From the NCBI GenBank assembly GCA_002269645.1, contig NIVC01002725.1:62001-126000 (forward strand): a stretch of DNA of 64,000 nt, written 5' to 3'. The notes beneath the pieces were generated by a model. It saw nothing but the letters and a program-made list of their open reading frames with translations, had not been told where the DNA came from and searched no databases. Each line of letters starts with the position of its first letter. Position 1 is the first letter of the stretch. Positions 38,900 to 49,953 of this stretch are shown here, piece by piece. Both the position numbers and the translations under genes were made by a program. The stretch is from Macrostomum lignano (lineage: Eukaryota).

Positions 38900-40336
38900 G
38901 GAGTTTTATGAGTTTGCTCGCCACCTAAACTTTTGGGCTCCACTGATCACCCTCTCCTTTTATTATTTGACTCCAAATCCCAAAGTTGGCAACCCCAAAC
39001 ACCAAAACCAAAAGCCTAGCCTAGTTGTGCACAGCTTTATATTGACGAATGAATTTGAAAAACTTGCTAGGCGCATTCTCGTTGTGCAAAAGAGGAGAGA
39101 GAGATGAGAGATGAAGGCGGAGAGAGCAGAGTGCAGAGAGACGAGAGAAGTGAATAAAGGGGAGGGAGTATAGAAGAGGGAAAAGAAGAGGACTAAGGAA
39201 AGAGAGGAGTCAAAAGAGGGGAAAGAGAAGAGTACAGAGGAGAGAGGTGAGAGAACATACCAGTATAAGAGAGTAAAGATGACAGATGAGAGAGGGGAGA
39301 TGAGAGAGGGGAGATGAGAGAGCAGAGACGAGAGAGAAGAGACGAAAGAGAAGTGAGAAAACAGAAGAGAAGATAGAAGGTTCAAAGGATGCAAGGAACA
39401 TAGGGATCGAGAGGCAGAAGTAGAGGCCAGAGTTTTTCTGACATTCTGCGCCGCACCCCAGCCAACAATATCAATAGTTTGCCTCCAATCCTAATTTTAC
39501 ACGAATGCAATCTATGTTATGTTTAACTCTAATAATAAAAGTTTTTGCTTGAGTTTAACTTCAGATTTTAGAATATATGCAAAATAGTTCCTAAAATTGG
39601 AATTCCCATTTCCCACTGTTCAAAATCCGCGGGTTTCAACAGCTGTTACAGCTTGTTGTATAAAAGTTATGTTCTGTTCTGCATCATTCTAGCTCGTAAA
39701 TACAATATTTCACTACATGCATAGACTTAAAAGGGTTGACAGAGTGCTAAACTTTAGGAGCATCATTTTTCCGGCAGTCATTTCGCTGGCAGTCAAATTG
39801 CTCGGCAGTCAATTGCCGCAGTCATTTTGCTGGCAGTCAAATTGCCGCAGTCATATTGTCGGCAGTCAAATTTCCGCAGTCATTTTGTCGGCAGTCATTT
39901 TGTTGGCAGTCAAATTGTCGGCAGTCAAATTGTCGGCAGTCAAATTGTCGGCAGTCAAATTGTCCGCAGTCATTTTGTTCAGTCATTTTGTCGGCAGTCA
40001 AATTGCTCGGCAGTCAAATTGTCCGCAGTCAAATTGACCGCAGTCAAATTGTGGCAGTCAAATTGTGGCAGTCAATTGTCGTGCACCCGGTTGGAAGCAA
40101 GTGTTGACAGATTGCGAAATAAAAATTGACTTGCATATGTGTACATACTTTGTAACATTGTAGAAAATCGCCTTGTCAATATCTCCTTCTCGTGAGCATG
40201 ACGAAATTCGGGAACAAGGAAATGTAACACGATTCGGAGTAAGACCGCATTCCGGTATGGTTAACATTTCGTTCGATTATTTTAACTGCTTCAACAACTC
40301 TCCCTCTTACAGCTGCAACACTGGTTGAATTTTTAA
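28783..40336 (+). CDS. SLC6 Na+/Cl- dependent monoamine transporter (DAT/NET/octopamine-transporter-like), 643 aa
   Basis: Exons 28783-29050, 31608-31742, 32405-32690, 33131-33269, 33879-34013, 34525-34753, 36574-36827, 36897-36996, 37625-37911, 40164-40238, 40313-40336 total 1932 nt in one open frame. Motifs: [21 protein letters not shown] (TM1 Asp typical of monoamine transporters), [18 protein letters not shown]2 Cys pair, [17 protein letters not shown] and a C-terminal LQHWLNF resembling the vertebrate DAT/NET terminus. Confidence 0.95.
29078..30694. repeat. 57-bp minisatellite in SLC6 intron 1
   Basis: Unit GGCCAATTTTCGTGCACACAAGCCCCAAATGAATGGTGGCCGCGACAACCCACCACC. Confidence 0.97.
30689..31375 (+). 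mobile_element. Internally deleted Tc1/mariner-like DNA transposon relic
   Basis: About 80-bp imperfect TIRs (AATTTAATCCAAGATA.GTTTGCCAATGTAA..GAGCTTTTGTCTATGGTAGCAAGGCTG). The interior translates, with stops, to Tc1-like HTH fragments ([19 protein letters not shown]; [13 protein letters not shown]; TTLRRLREG). No DDE domain, and the TSD is not resolved. Confidence 0.7.
31895..32300. repeat. ~38-bp G-rich minisatellite (G-quadruplex-prone)
   Basis: GGGGTAAGAGGGGTGGTGGGGGTGG units. Confidence 0.88.
32704..32790. repeat. (TCTG)n microsatellite
   Basis: Direct reading. Confidence 0.95.
33392..33785. repeat. 31-bp minisatellite (ATGACTTCTGATGTGCAGTGTCCATGAGTAC)
   Basis: Period 31. Confidence 0.95.
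34082..34310 (-). mobile_element. tRNA-derived SINE with CORE-like central domain
   Basis: The minus strand has an A-box-like AGCCTAGTGGT and a B-box GGTTCGATTCC, then TGTGTCCTTGAGCAAGACATTTAAC...TCAGTTCACCCAGCTGTAAAATGGG (34223-34163), which aligns by eye to the MIR CORE consensus. The 3' end is approximate. Confidence 0.75.
34885..36360. repeat. 21-25-bp minisatellite (CTGTCTCTTGGT(T/G)GGCGCCCC(ACCA)), related to the 26225-28055 array
   Basis: Shared CTGTCTCTTGGT core. Confidence 0.95.
37180..37510. repeat. ~54-bp minisatellite with a TGTACA core
   Basis: CCCATGTACACT..CAGGCCCTCCCTCTC units. Confidence 0.88.
37990..38402. repeat. ~55-60-bp minisatellite (GGTTGGAAGCCAGTGTACATTTGGGG...)
   Basis: Direct reading; interrupted at its distal end by the foldback element. 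Confidence 0.9.
38403..40088. mobile_element. Non-autonomous foldback/Mutator-like DNA transposon in an SLC6 intron
   Basis: About 320-350 bp inverted terminal arms (38403-~38750 and ~39768-40088) made of ~15-bp CAATTTGACTGCCGA subrepeats in the same variant order. Termini GGGTCTACGAC / GGGTGCACGAC. Identical 9-bp flanks GGTTGGAAG at 38394-38402 and 40089-40097. No transposase ORF inside. Confidence 0.85.
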
Positions 40337-41329
40337 TCAGCCTAAAAGCGGAAAAGCACGTTGAAACAAAGGTTGCAATAAGTTTGAGAAGATCCAGCGC
40401 AGCTGATAAAATCAACAGGACATTTTGATCTCTGTGTAAAAATACTTATGCTATTTAAACAAGACGATGCTATCCAAGTTTATATATTACTATATAACCC
40501 AATGCACAATTGAGGTTTAGTAAGTCAAGAAACCGACTGTCTAGTTAGTACGAGTACATGACTTCCCTATAGCACTTATTAATTAGCATATTTATAGAAC
40601 TTCACAGTGTATTTCTCATGCACATCTATTCGATAATTTCAATTAAAGTTAGTTTATTAAAATATAAAGATAAATCCCCAAAAAACCACCGTTTACCCGT
40701 ACATACTAACGTTACTACTCAGTTGACTGAATGCAGCACAGTAGTAAAGAAAGAACGCATAACAAATTATCATTTTTTAATAATGCGACAAAAAGCGAAA
40801 AAAATAAATATTTATTTTGTGTTAAGACTTGCCATCAGTAGAGTTCGAATACAGTTAATGGAACGAGTTCAAAAAACCAGTGTTTCATATATGAAACAAA
40901 TTATATTATATATTATTCACTATATCAACTGTTAATAGCGTTGGCGTTTAATAAACAAGCACAAAATATAATAAAATATACACTTTCTGGTAAGTACACT
41001 CAGTACTAGTGTTTACGGAACAACAGATAACAGTATTAAACGCACACACATATAATTGATCCACTGAGAAAAATGAACAAATATCACATAGAAAATTCTT
41101 TCTATTCAAAATACATGTCATGAATTTATAAATGAAAAAAAACTACACCAATTTTGTTTTTTACTTGTTTCCACAACAGAATATAAACGAGTGTCTATTG
41201 CATTATTAAAGAAAATCGTAGTTAGGAACCGAAACCTTTAAATTTGTTCTATAAGAAAGTTGGGCCTCAAAAGTAAGCGCAGTTGAATAACGTTCAAGAA
41301 GAAATTTTAAATGAGCTTGTACTGAGGAC

Positions 41330-41805
41330 AGAGGTTTGACTGGGAGCGGGTGTACATTGTTGGGGGTGGGGTAGGGTTTATTAATGTTTGACTGGGAGCG
41401 GGTGTACGAGCTACATTGTGGGGAGTGGGGGTAGGGTTTATTGAGGTTTGACTGGGAGCGGGTGTACATTGTTGGGGGTGGGGTAGGGTTTATTGAGGTT
41501 TGACTGGGAGCGGGTGTACATTGTTGGGGGTGGGGTAGGGTTTATTGAGGTTGGACTGGGAGCGGGTGTACATTGTTGGGGGTGGGGTAGGGTTTATTGA
41601 GGTTGGACTGGGAGCGGGTGTACATTGTGGGGGTGGGGTAGGGTTTATTGAGGTTGGACTGGGAGCGGGTGTACATTGTGGGGGTGGGGTAGGGTTTATT
41701 GAGGTTTGATTGGGAGCGGGTGTACATTGTGGGGGTGGGGTAGGGTTTATTGAGGTTTGATTGGGAGCGGGTGTACATTGTGGGGGTGGGGGTAGGGTTT
41801 GCCGA
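41330..41805. repeat. 51-bp G-rich minisatellite with a GTGTACATTG core
   Basis: Period 51-52. Confidence 0.93.
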
Positions 41806-42694
41806 GGCATGGCTGGGAGCTAGTGTACATCAAGACGTTAAAAACGTATGCTCTGACCTTCAAAAGCCATGCAAAAGTATATGATCAATCAAAGGTAAAT
41901 TTTTTTTGTGTTTGTGGCTGTAACAATGAGATAAAAGTTAAATTGACCATAATTTGCTGAAATAATATTAAAATAAAAATTCTTGTCACTAAACAAAAAT
42001 TGACAAGCACAAAGTTAGCACAAGTTGGCACACTGACACCAATATGGAATTAAAATGAACTATAACGTACGACGTAATTCGAATTTTAAGTCTCACTAAA
42101 TACTTTTTAAAAAACAATGAACACATCAGTAGTGTAAACCGCAGTTTGGCAAGGAAAAATCTATCATTGTTAGTTACTTGTACATAGTGAACTTATTTTG
42201 CTATCGGAATAAATATCATGGTCAGGGTCATGCCAGTTGAATAATACTAGACAATTGGACAAAAAATTAAGCAAGGAAAATACACTCAATGAAAACACAC
42301 CTAGCGACCAAAAAGGACAAAAAGACCACTTACAAAAAGACCGCACAATATAAAGGAAGCAAACAAAAATTGGTAACGAAACCAGAGGACAATTGGAAGA
42401 CAGGAACTGCAAAAAACACAACGAAAAGGAAATTAAAAAGTCGCCTCAATGTGTACTAGCCTACTTACTGAGGGGCACAAGTAGCATAGATCGAGTAAGA
42501 GTATATAATGGATTAAATAGAAATATTAATAGACGAGCTGGCACTAAAATAACGCAGAAATTGTTGTGACGCCAGAGAATAACCACAGACAGAACTCAGA
42601 ATTGGGATCCAACTACCTGAAGACTAACATTATTAGTATATTAATATTATAATATTACACTCAGTAACGAGAAAAGTTATCATAATTGAGGTAT

Positions 42695-45057
42695 TCAACA
42701 AGCGCAACCAGATTGCTTCCCAGAGCCGACGTTTCTCTTGTTGCTGCGTTTAATTGGCAGCTGGCTTTTGTCTACAGACTGTTCGATGCGCAGCATGACC
42801 AGATCCAGCAGCTTCTCAACAGCATCTGTCACCTTATAGCCAGTGGCGGCGCTGGTCTCCACGTACGGGATGCTGCGCAGGAATAGACAAGATATTGGTG
42901 CGTTTGTTATTGTGGTACATTGGAGTGGTTGGCCTACATTGGGGGTGGTTGTTTTATGTACATTGGGGTGGTTGGTCTATGTACATTGGGGTGAGTGGTT
43001 TTATGTACATTGGGGTGGTTGGTTTATGTACACTGGGGTGGTTGGTCTATATACATTGGGGTGGTTGGTCTATGTACATTAGGGTGGTTGGTCTATGTAG
43101 ATTAAGGGTGGTTGGTCTATGTACATTGGGGTGGCTGATCTTTGTAGATTAGGGAGGTTGGTCTATGTACATTGGGGTGGTTGGTCTTTGTAGATTAAGG
43201 AGGTTGTTCTATGTACATTGGGGTGGTTGGTCTATGTAGATTAGGGAGTTTGGTCTATGTACATTGGGGTGGTTGGTCTATGTAGATTAAGGGTGGTTGG
43301 TCTATGTACATTGGGGTGGTTTATCTTTGTAGATTAGGGAGGTTGGTCTATGTACATTGGGGTGGTTGGTCTATGTAGATTAGGGAGGTTAGTCTATATA
43401 CATTGGGGTGTTTGATCTTTGTAGATTAGGGTGGTTGGTCTATTTAGATTAATGGTGGTTGTACACTATGTACACTAGGGTTTTATCTATGTACATTATC
43501 GCCTATGCACATTAGGGTGCTGGTTTATGTACAGCGGACTGGGTGATTAACCATGATCAACTGAAACAAGCATTAAATAGTTGGTTTTTGGCAGAGTTTA
43601 GGGCACTAAAAAGTTATAATAAAAATGACAATAATAGTAAACTCACTTCAACTCGTCGGCAAGTTTCTGGGCCTCCTCGCTACTGACAACTCGCTGGCTC
43701 TCTAAATCTCTCTTGTTGCCAACTAGGATGATGTCCGGTCGCTCGCAATAAGCATTAGTCTGGAGCAGGGTTAGCCAATTGCGAATGTCCATGAAGCTCT
43801 GATTTGAGGTCAAATCGAACACCAATAGAAAACCCATCGCGTCGCGAAAAAAAGCCGTGCTTAGAGATCTGAATCGCTCTTGGCCGGCTGTGTCCCTGCG
43901 AATGGAAAATTATTTAAATGAAAAAATAAATTACGGTTATAATGAGACGCTAATGCTACTCAAAGTAATTGATATGGCTATTAACAAGCTAATAAAAGTT
44001 AATAAAATGAAGATAAATTAGTATAATTGCAGATAGAATGATCATGAACCAATCAGGGGAAAGTAAACCCCAAACTCCTGCCCCGATATCTCCATTGACC
44101 AATCAGAGATCAGTAAACCCCGAACTCCTGCCCCGATTTATCCATTGACCAATCAGAGACTAGTAAACCCCAAACTCCTGCCTTAATCTTTAAATTGACC
44201 AATCAGAGAGCAGCAAACCAAAAACCTTTTCCCCGATTTCTCCATTGATCAATCAGAGAGCAGTAAACCCCAGACCCTTGTCCCGATCTCTCCATTGACC
44301 CATCAGAAAGCAGCCAACCCCAAACCCTTGCCCCGATCTCTCCATTGACCAATCAGAGAGCAGTAAACCCCAGACCCTTGTCCCGATCTCTCCATTGACC
44401 CATCAGAAAGCAGCCAACCCCAAACCCTTGCCCCGATCTCTACATTGACCAATCAGAGAGCAGCAAACCCTAAACCCTTGCCCTGATCTCTCCATTGACC
44501 AATCAGAGAGCAGCAAACCCTAAACCCTTGCCCTGATCTCTCCATTGACCAATCAGAGAGCAGCAAACCCTAAACCCTTGCCCTGATATCTCCATTGACC
44601 AATCAGAGAGCAGCAAACCCTAAACCCTTGCCCTGATATCTCCATTGACCAATCAGAGACCAGCAAACTCCAAACCCTTCCCCGATCTCTCCATTAACCA
44701 ATCAGAGACTAGCAAACCTCCTATGAGCCTATACTATTTTAAAGTTATTTAAATATCAAAATAAATAAAAACATAAAATCGATCTACTAACCAAAGCTGC
44801 AAATGCACTCGTTGAGACTCGCCAATAACACCATCGGACACTTGCGATCGGTGAATAACTCGCTTCTGTCGAAAGTCGATGCCAACTGTGCTGACAAATT
44901 TGGGATTGAAAGTGCCGTCAGTGTACTGATACAGCAGGGCGGTCTTGCCAACACCGGAATTTCCCAGAGCCAGCAGCTTCACCAGATAGTCATAGTCGTC
45001 AGCAAACTTGCCCTGACTTGAGTTAGTGTCAGCTTGTTGAATCATTGAATCCCCCAT
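42695..45057 (-). CDS. RAB27: Rab27-family small GTPase, 230 aa
   Basis: Exons 45057-44792, 43895-43647, 42872-42695 (693 nt, phases 2 and 2). [72 protein letters not shown] and a C-terminal CAC (CXC prenylation motif). Confidence 0.95.
42915..43500. repeat. Degenerate TATGTACATTGGGGTGGTTGGTC minisatellite, Rab27 intron 2
   Basis: Direct reading. Confidence 0.88.
44045..44715. repeat. 50-bp minisatellite carrying a CCAAT box in most units, Rab27 intron 1
   Basis: Unit CATTGACCAATCAGAGAGCAGCAAACCCTAAACCCTTGCCCTGATCTCTC, about 13 copies. Confidence 0.93.
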
Positions 45058-45164
45058 TGCTATTGTAGTTTGATAGTCACTGGCTGAGTCACATGCATTG
45101 AAGAAAATCAATACACAATAAAGAGCTATACAAGTATTAAAGACTAGTAGCCTACTGCATGACC

Positions 45165-45440
45165 ATTCGATTAGCCTAATGACCATTTGATTAGCCTACT
45201 GTATGACAATTTGATTAGCCTACTAACCATTTGATTAGCCTACTGTATGACCATTTGATTAGCCTACTGTATGACCATTTGATTAGCCTACTGTATGACC
45301 ATTTGATTAGCCTACTGAATGACCATTTGATTAGCCTACTGTATGACCATTTGATTAGCCAACTGTATGACCATTTGATTAGCCTACTGTATCACCATTT
45401 GACTAGCCTACTGTATGACCATTTGATTAGCCTACTGTAT
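45165..45440. repeat. 24-bp minisatellite (GACCATTTGATTAGCCTACTGTAT) upstream of the Rab27 ATG
   Basis: Direct reading. Confidence 0.93.
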
Positions 45441-45537
45441 GAGCACCGGAGTAGCGTAGCCTAAACAAGCCATATTAGCCATGAGACAAAAAAGTAGTTT
45501 AGATAAGCAGATTCTGTACATAAACAGTTGGTCTAAA

Positions 45538-45543
45538 TTTATT
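45538..45543 (-). other. Polyadenylation signal of the orphan gene
   Basis: AATAAA about 200 nt after the stop codon at 45742. Confidence 0.5.
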
Positions 45544-45741
45544 GCGTATAAATGCAAAAACTATTCACACTTCAATTTTCGATACGAATTCACAAAGCAA
45601 TATAAAAAGAGCAGGCAAAGAAAGAGTGAACTCGCGTAAAAATGTTCAGCTTAACATGACTGACCAAGGAGGAACTCGCAGGAAAAAATGCTAAAAAGTT
45701 AAAGCATGATAGCTACGATAAAAAATAAGCTGAATACAAAG

Positions 45742-48659
45742 TCAATTGCTGTGAACAGACGTCATGCTAACATCAGCGCTAGCCGCCAAGTTTACATCCT
45801 CCACGGCTTTGTCGAGATTGGCATCTGCGGATTCCGGCTCGAACCCGATTGATTTAGCGGCATCGTCGTCGAATATTTCTGCAGAGGATTCAAATTCTTG
45901 GACTCCATCAGGTGAGGACAGAGGTGCGCTAAAAATAGGGAAGAAGCATGTAAAAATTGTGCGGATGGGGGCTTGTACCAGGGTACATTTTTCTAGACGG
46001 AGGGAGGGTTCGGAAAGGGAAGAGTGTACATTGGGCTGAGAGGGGTTCGGAAAAGGAAGAGTGTACATTGGGCTGAGAGGGGTTCGGAAAGGGAAGAGTG
46101 TACATTGGTCTGAGAGGGGTTCGGAAAGGGAAGAGTGTACATTGGTCTGAGAGGGGTTCGGAAAGGGAAGAGTGTACATTGTGCTGAGGCGGGGGTTCGG
46201 AAAGGGAAGAGTGTACATTGTGCTGAGGCGAGGGTTCGGAAAGGGAAGAGTGTACATTGGGCTGGGAGAGGGGTTCGGAAAGGGAAGAGTGTACATTGTG
46301 CTGGAAAGAGAGGGCTTCAATGGGAAGGGCAGAGTGTACATTGTGCTGGGGAGGGAAGGTTTCGATAGGGGCAGAGTGTACATTGTGCTGGGGAGGGAGA
46401 GTTTCGATGGGGAGGGGCAGAGTGTACATTGTGCTGGGGAGGGAGAGTTTCGATGGGGAGGGGCAGAGTGTACATTGTGCTGGGGAGGGAGAGTTTCGAT
46501 GGGGAGGGGCAGAGTGTACATTGTGCTGGGGAGGGAGGGTTTCGATGGGGAGGGGCAGAGTGTACATTGTGCTGGGGAGGGAGGGTTTCGATGGGGAGGG
46601 GCAGAGTGTACATTGTGCTGGGGAGGGAGGGTTTCGATGGGGAGGGGCAGAGTGTACATTGCGCTGGGAAGTTTGACAGAAAGCACATCAAGGCAAGAGA
46701 TGAATGAAATGGTGGAATAGAGTGTACTTTCTATAGGAATGGTAGATCACAATAAGCTCATAAAAGGACGAAAACAACTCACGACTGCAGCTCCTGGATA
46801 GACTCCATTGGCTTGTATTCAACTAACAAGCGTTGTAGCAGAGGTGGCGCCATTCGTTTTCGAGGACTTTGCGGATTCGGTGACACGTGAAGGTCAGTCA
46901 ATCGAGGAGTCGTATCGAACGTTGTTATTTGAGTCTGGCATGTAGTAACGGAAACGCTAGTCAGGACTGACAAAGATGACAAGTTTTTGACAGCTGTAAT
47001 GAATAAATTAATACAGGCGTTAGAGTCCAGCCTATTGATCTTAAAACTGTCAGTAGAAAAAAATTGCGCAAACCACTTGCCGTTCAATTTCTCTGCTAGT
47101 CGCTTGCTTCTGATTATTTCAGGCGACGATGCTACAAGCGATAGGCGACGTCGCTTGGCCGCTGGTGAAGAGGAGCGAAAGATCGGCGACTGATTAGCTG
47201 GAGCGTCCCGCATTCGCCTGAATAATTTAGTTAATATTTGGTAATATGGGATGAAGTGTAAATCTAGCCAACATCATATGGATTGCTAATCTAGCCAACA
47301 TTATATGGATTGCTAATCTAGCTAACATCATATGGATTGCTAATCTAGACAACATCATATGGATTGCTAATCTAGCCAACATTATGTGGATTGCTAATCT
47401 AGCCAACATCATATGGATCGCTAATCTAGCCAACATCCTATGGATTGCTAATCTAGCCAACATCATATGGATTGCTAATCTAGCCAACATCATATGGATC
47501 GCTAATCTAGCCAACATCCTATGGATTGCTAATCTAGCCAACATCATATGGATTGCTAATCTAGCCAACATCATATGGATCGCTAATCTAGCCAACATCC
47601 TATGGATTGCTAATCTAGCCAACATCATATGGATTGCTAATCTAGCCAACACCATATGGATTGCTAATCTAGCCAACATCATATGGATTGCTAATCTAGC
47701 CAACATTATGTGGATTGCTAATCTAGCCAACATCATATGGATTGCTAATCTAGCCAACATCATATGGATTGCTAATCTAGCCAACATTATGTGGATTGCT
47801 AATCTAGCCAACATTATGTGGATTGCTAATCTAGCCAACACCATATGGATTGCTAATCTAGCCAACATTATGTGGATTGCTAATCTAGCCAACATCATAT
47901 GGATTGCTAATCTAGCCAACATCATATGGATTGCTAATCTAGACAACATCATATGGATTGCTAATCTAGCCAACATTATGTGGATTGCTAATCTAGCCAA
48001 CATCATATGGATTGCTAATCTAGCCAACATTATATGGATTGCTAATCTAGCCAACATCCTATGGATTGCAAATTTAGCCAACATCATATGGATTGCTAAT
48101 CTAGCCAACATCATATGGATTGCTAATCTAGCCAACATCATATGGATCGCTAATCTAGCCAACATCATATGGATCGCTAATCTAGCCAACATCCTATGGA
48201 TTGCTAATCTAGCCAACATCATATGGATTGCTAATCTAGCCAACATCATATGGATCGCTAATCTAGCCAACATCCTATGGATTGCTAATCTAGCCAACAT
48301 CATATGGATTGCTAATCTAGCCAACATCATATGGATCGCTAATCTAGCCAACATCCTATGGATTGCTAATCTAGCCAACATCATATGGATTGCTAATCTA
48401 GCCAACATCATATGGATCGCTAATCTAGCCAACATCCTATGGATTGCTAATCTAGCCAACATCATATGGATTGCTAATCTAGCCAACATCATATGGATCG
48501 CTAATCTAGCCAACATCCTATGGATTGCTAATCTAGCCAACATCATATGGATTGCTAATCTAGCCAACATCATGTCATAGCTAATCCACAGCCGTATTAC
48601 CTAAGAACCAGCCGATTGTTGTCAAGCTGCCAGTTATAAGTACAATCTTGCCCAGTCAT
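45742..48659 (-). CDS. Unrecognised basic, S/T-P-rich protein (226 aa, or 197 aa if an 87-nt GC-AG intron is removed)
   Basis: Exons 48659-48601, 47217-46783, 45928-45742 with strong acceptors (ttttttcag, attcag, tttttag), donors (gtaata, gtgagt) and matching phase-2 junctions. AATAAA at 45543-45538. No family recognised, and the start codon is inferred. Confidence 0.6.
45995..46730. repeat. 36-46-bp G-rich minisatellite with a GAGTGTACATTG core
   Basis: Two unit variants grade along the array. Confidence 0.92.
47262..48572. repeat. 27-bp minisatellite (GCTAATCTAGCCAACATCATATGGATT), about 48 copies
   Basis: Period 27. Confidence 0.97.
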
Positions 48660-49089
48660 TAGCAGAGCAAGTCATGCAGTTAGTCTTGTCACGTTTATTT
48701 GTCTGAAAAAAGTGTAAACTATTAGTAAGTAACTGTAACATACCAGTAAATAGTAATATGAAGCTAAATCGTGAAGACTTTAATTGTAAGCTCGGAACGC
48801 TAGCCTAGAAGCGCCATGTAAATGAGAACAATTTGCAATAAACAAAAATTAAACCAAGGGAACAGACAGAAAATCAGGCTTAGAAAAATTCGCAAGTAAA
48901 ATGAGACTTACACCGTGCGAAATAGCGAATAACTAATTAACTAACAGTAGAAGCACAGAAAGATCTGGCAAACCCCGCTACCGGTAATGAGAAGCGATTG
49001 TATAAAGGTCAAGAGATCAACATGAGACCGCAATCTATTCACTGTATGAGCTTGCTTGAAGAGAGAAAACAAGAGATATGGACAGAATG

Positions 49090-49133
49090 GCAGACAGACA
49101 CAAGTCAGACAGACAGACAGACAGACACAAGTC

Positions 49134-49166
<33 letters not shown>

Positions 49167-49172
49167 CAAGTC

Positions 49173-49205
<33 letters not shown>

Positions 49206-49250
49206 CTAAGACAGACAGGCAGACACTAAGACAGACAGGCAGACACTAAG
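49090..49250. repeat. (GACA)n compound microsatellite
   Basis: Direct reading. Confidence 0.9.
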
Positions 49251-49953
49251 GGCGGAGAAAGAAACAGGCACAGACGGGCAGCTACCAAAACTAGCTATAA
49301 TAATAAGATTACAAACGGACAATGCAAATAAAATAAGAGTAAGTTGGCTTAGCTAATAAAGCAGCTTCTAAAGCCGATTTGAAGCAAATACTTTAGCAGT
49401 GTGGAATGCACAACTGTATTTCTTGTGCCAAAATTAATAAATATAATTTGCAACACATATTAATATGTAAATATGTAATAATAATAATAATAATAAGCAA
49501 GTCTTAATAGCAGTCGCAATGCAAAACAAGTGTTAAACGTGCATAGAAACCGGTATGCACACACACGAAACAAACAATGGCGTCGGTTTATCGGGAGGGG
49601 TGCTAATTTTTTTTTGACGCTTTAATCGTGACAACACAACGCCGGCTGGGTAAGTAAAGATCTGCAAATTTCATTTCCTTTCAAACGAATAGTTTCACCT
49701 GGAATGCAACTGGAACGCAACAGTGTAACAGGAACAGAAGCAGCAATTAAGTTATAAAGAATCAGATTTATCAGACAGATGGGGCCTTGTAGTGTTTCTT
49801 TTCGCGAGCAACTGGAAATCAAGGCGGCAGACAGGATCGAGCAGCACCATTTCGACATTTATTTTCGTCGGGGGAGCCCTGAAATTAATGGCCTTGAAAC
49901 ATTTTTAGCTAGCGTACCCATAAAGCTTGCGCGACCTTGAAGACTTAATTTCA

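Noticed and set aside
42661-42760. Apparent lack of a Rab prenylation motif
   Set aside because: A careful read gives ...SGKQSGCAC-stop, so the CXC motif is intact.
49622-49858. 78-aa minus-strand ORF as first coding exon of the orphan
   Set aside because: Splicing from its donor (ttccag|gtgaaa) into exon 48702 hits a stop after two codons; treated as a possible uORF or UTR.
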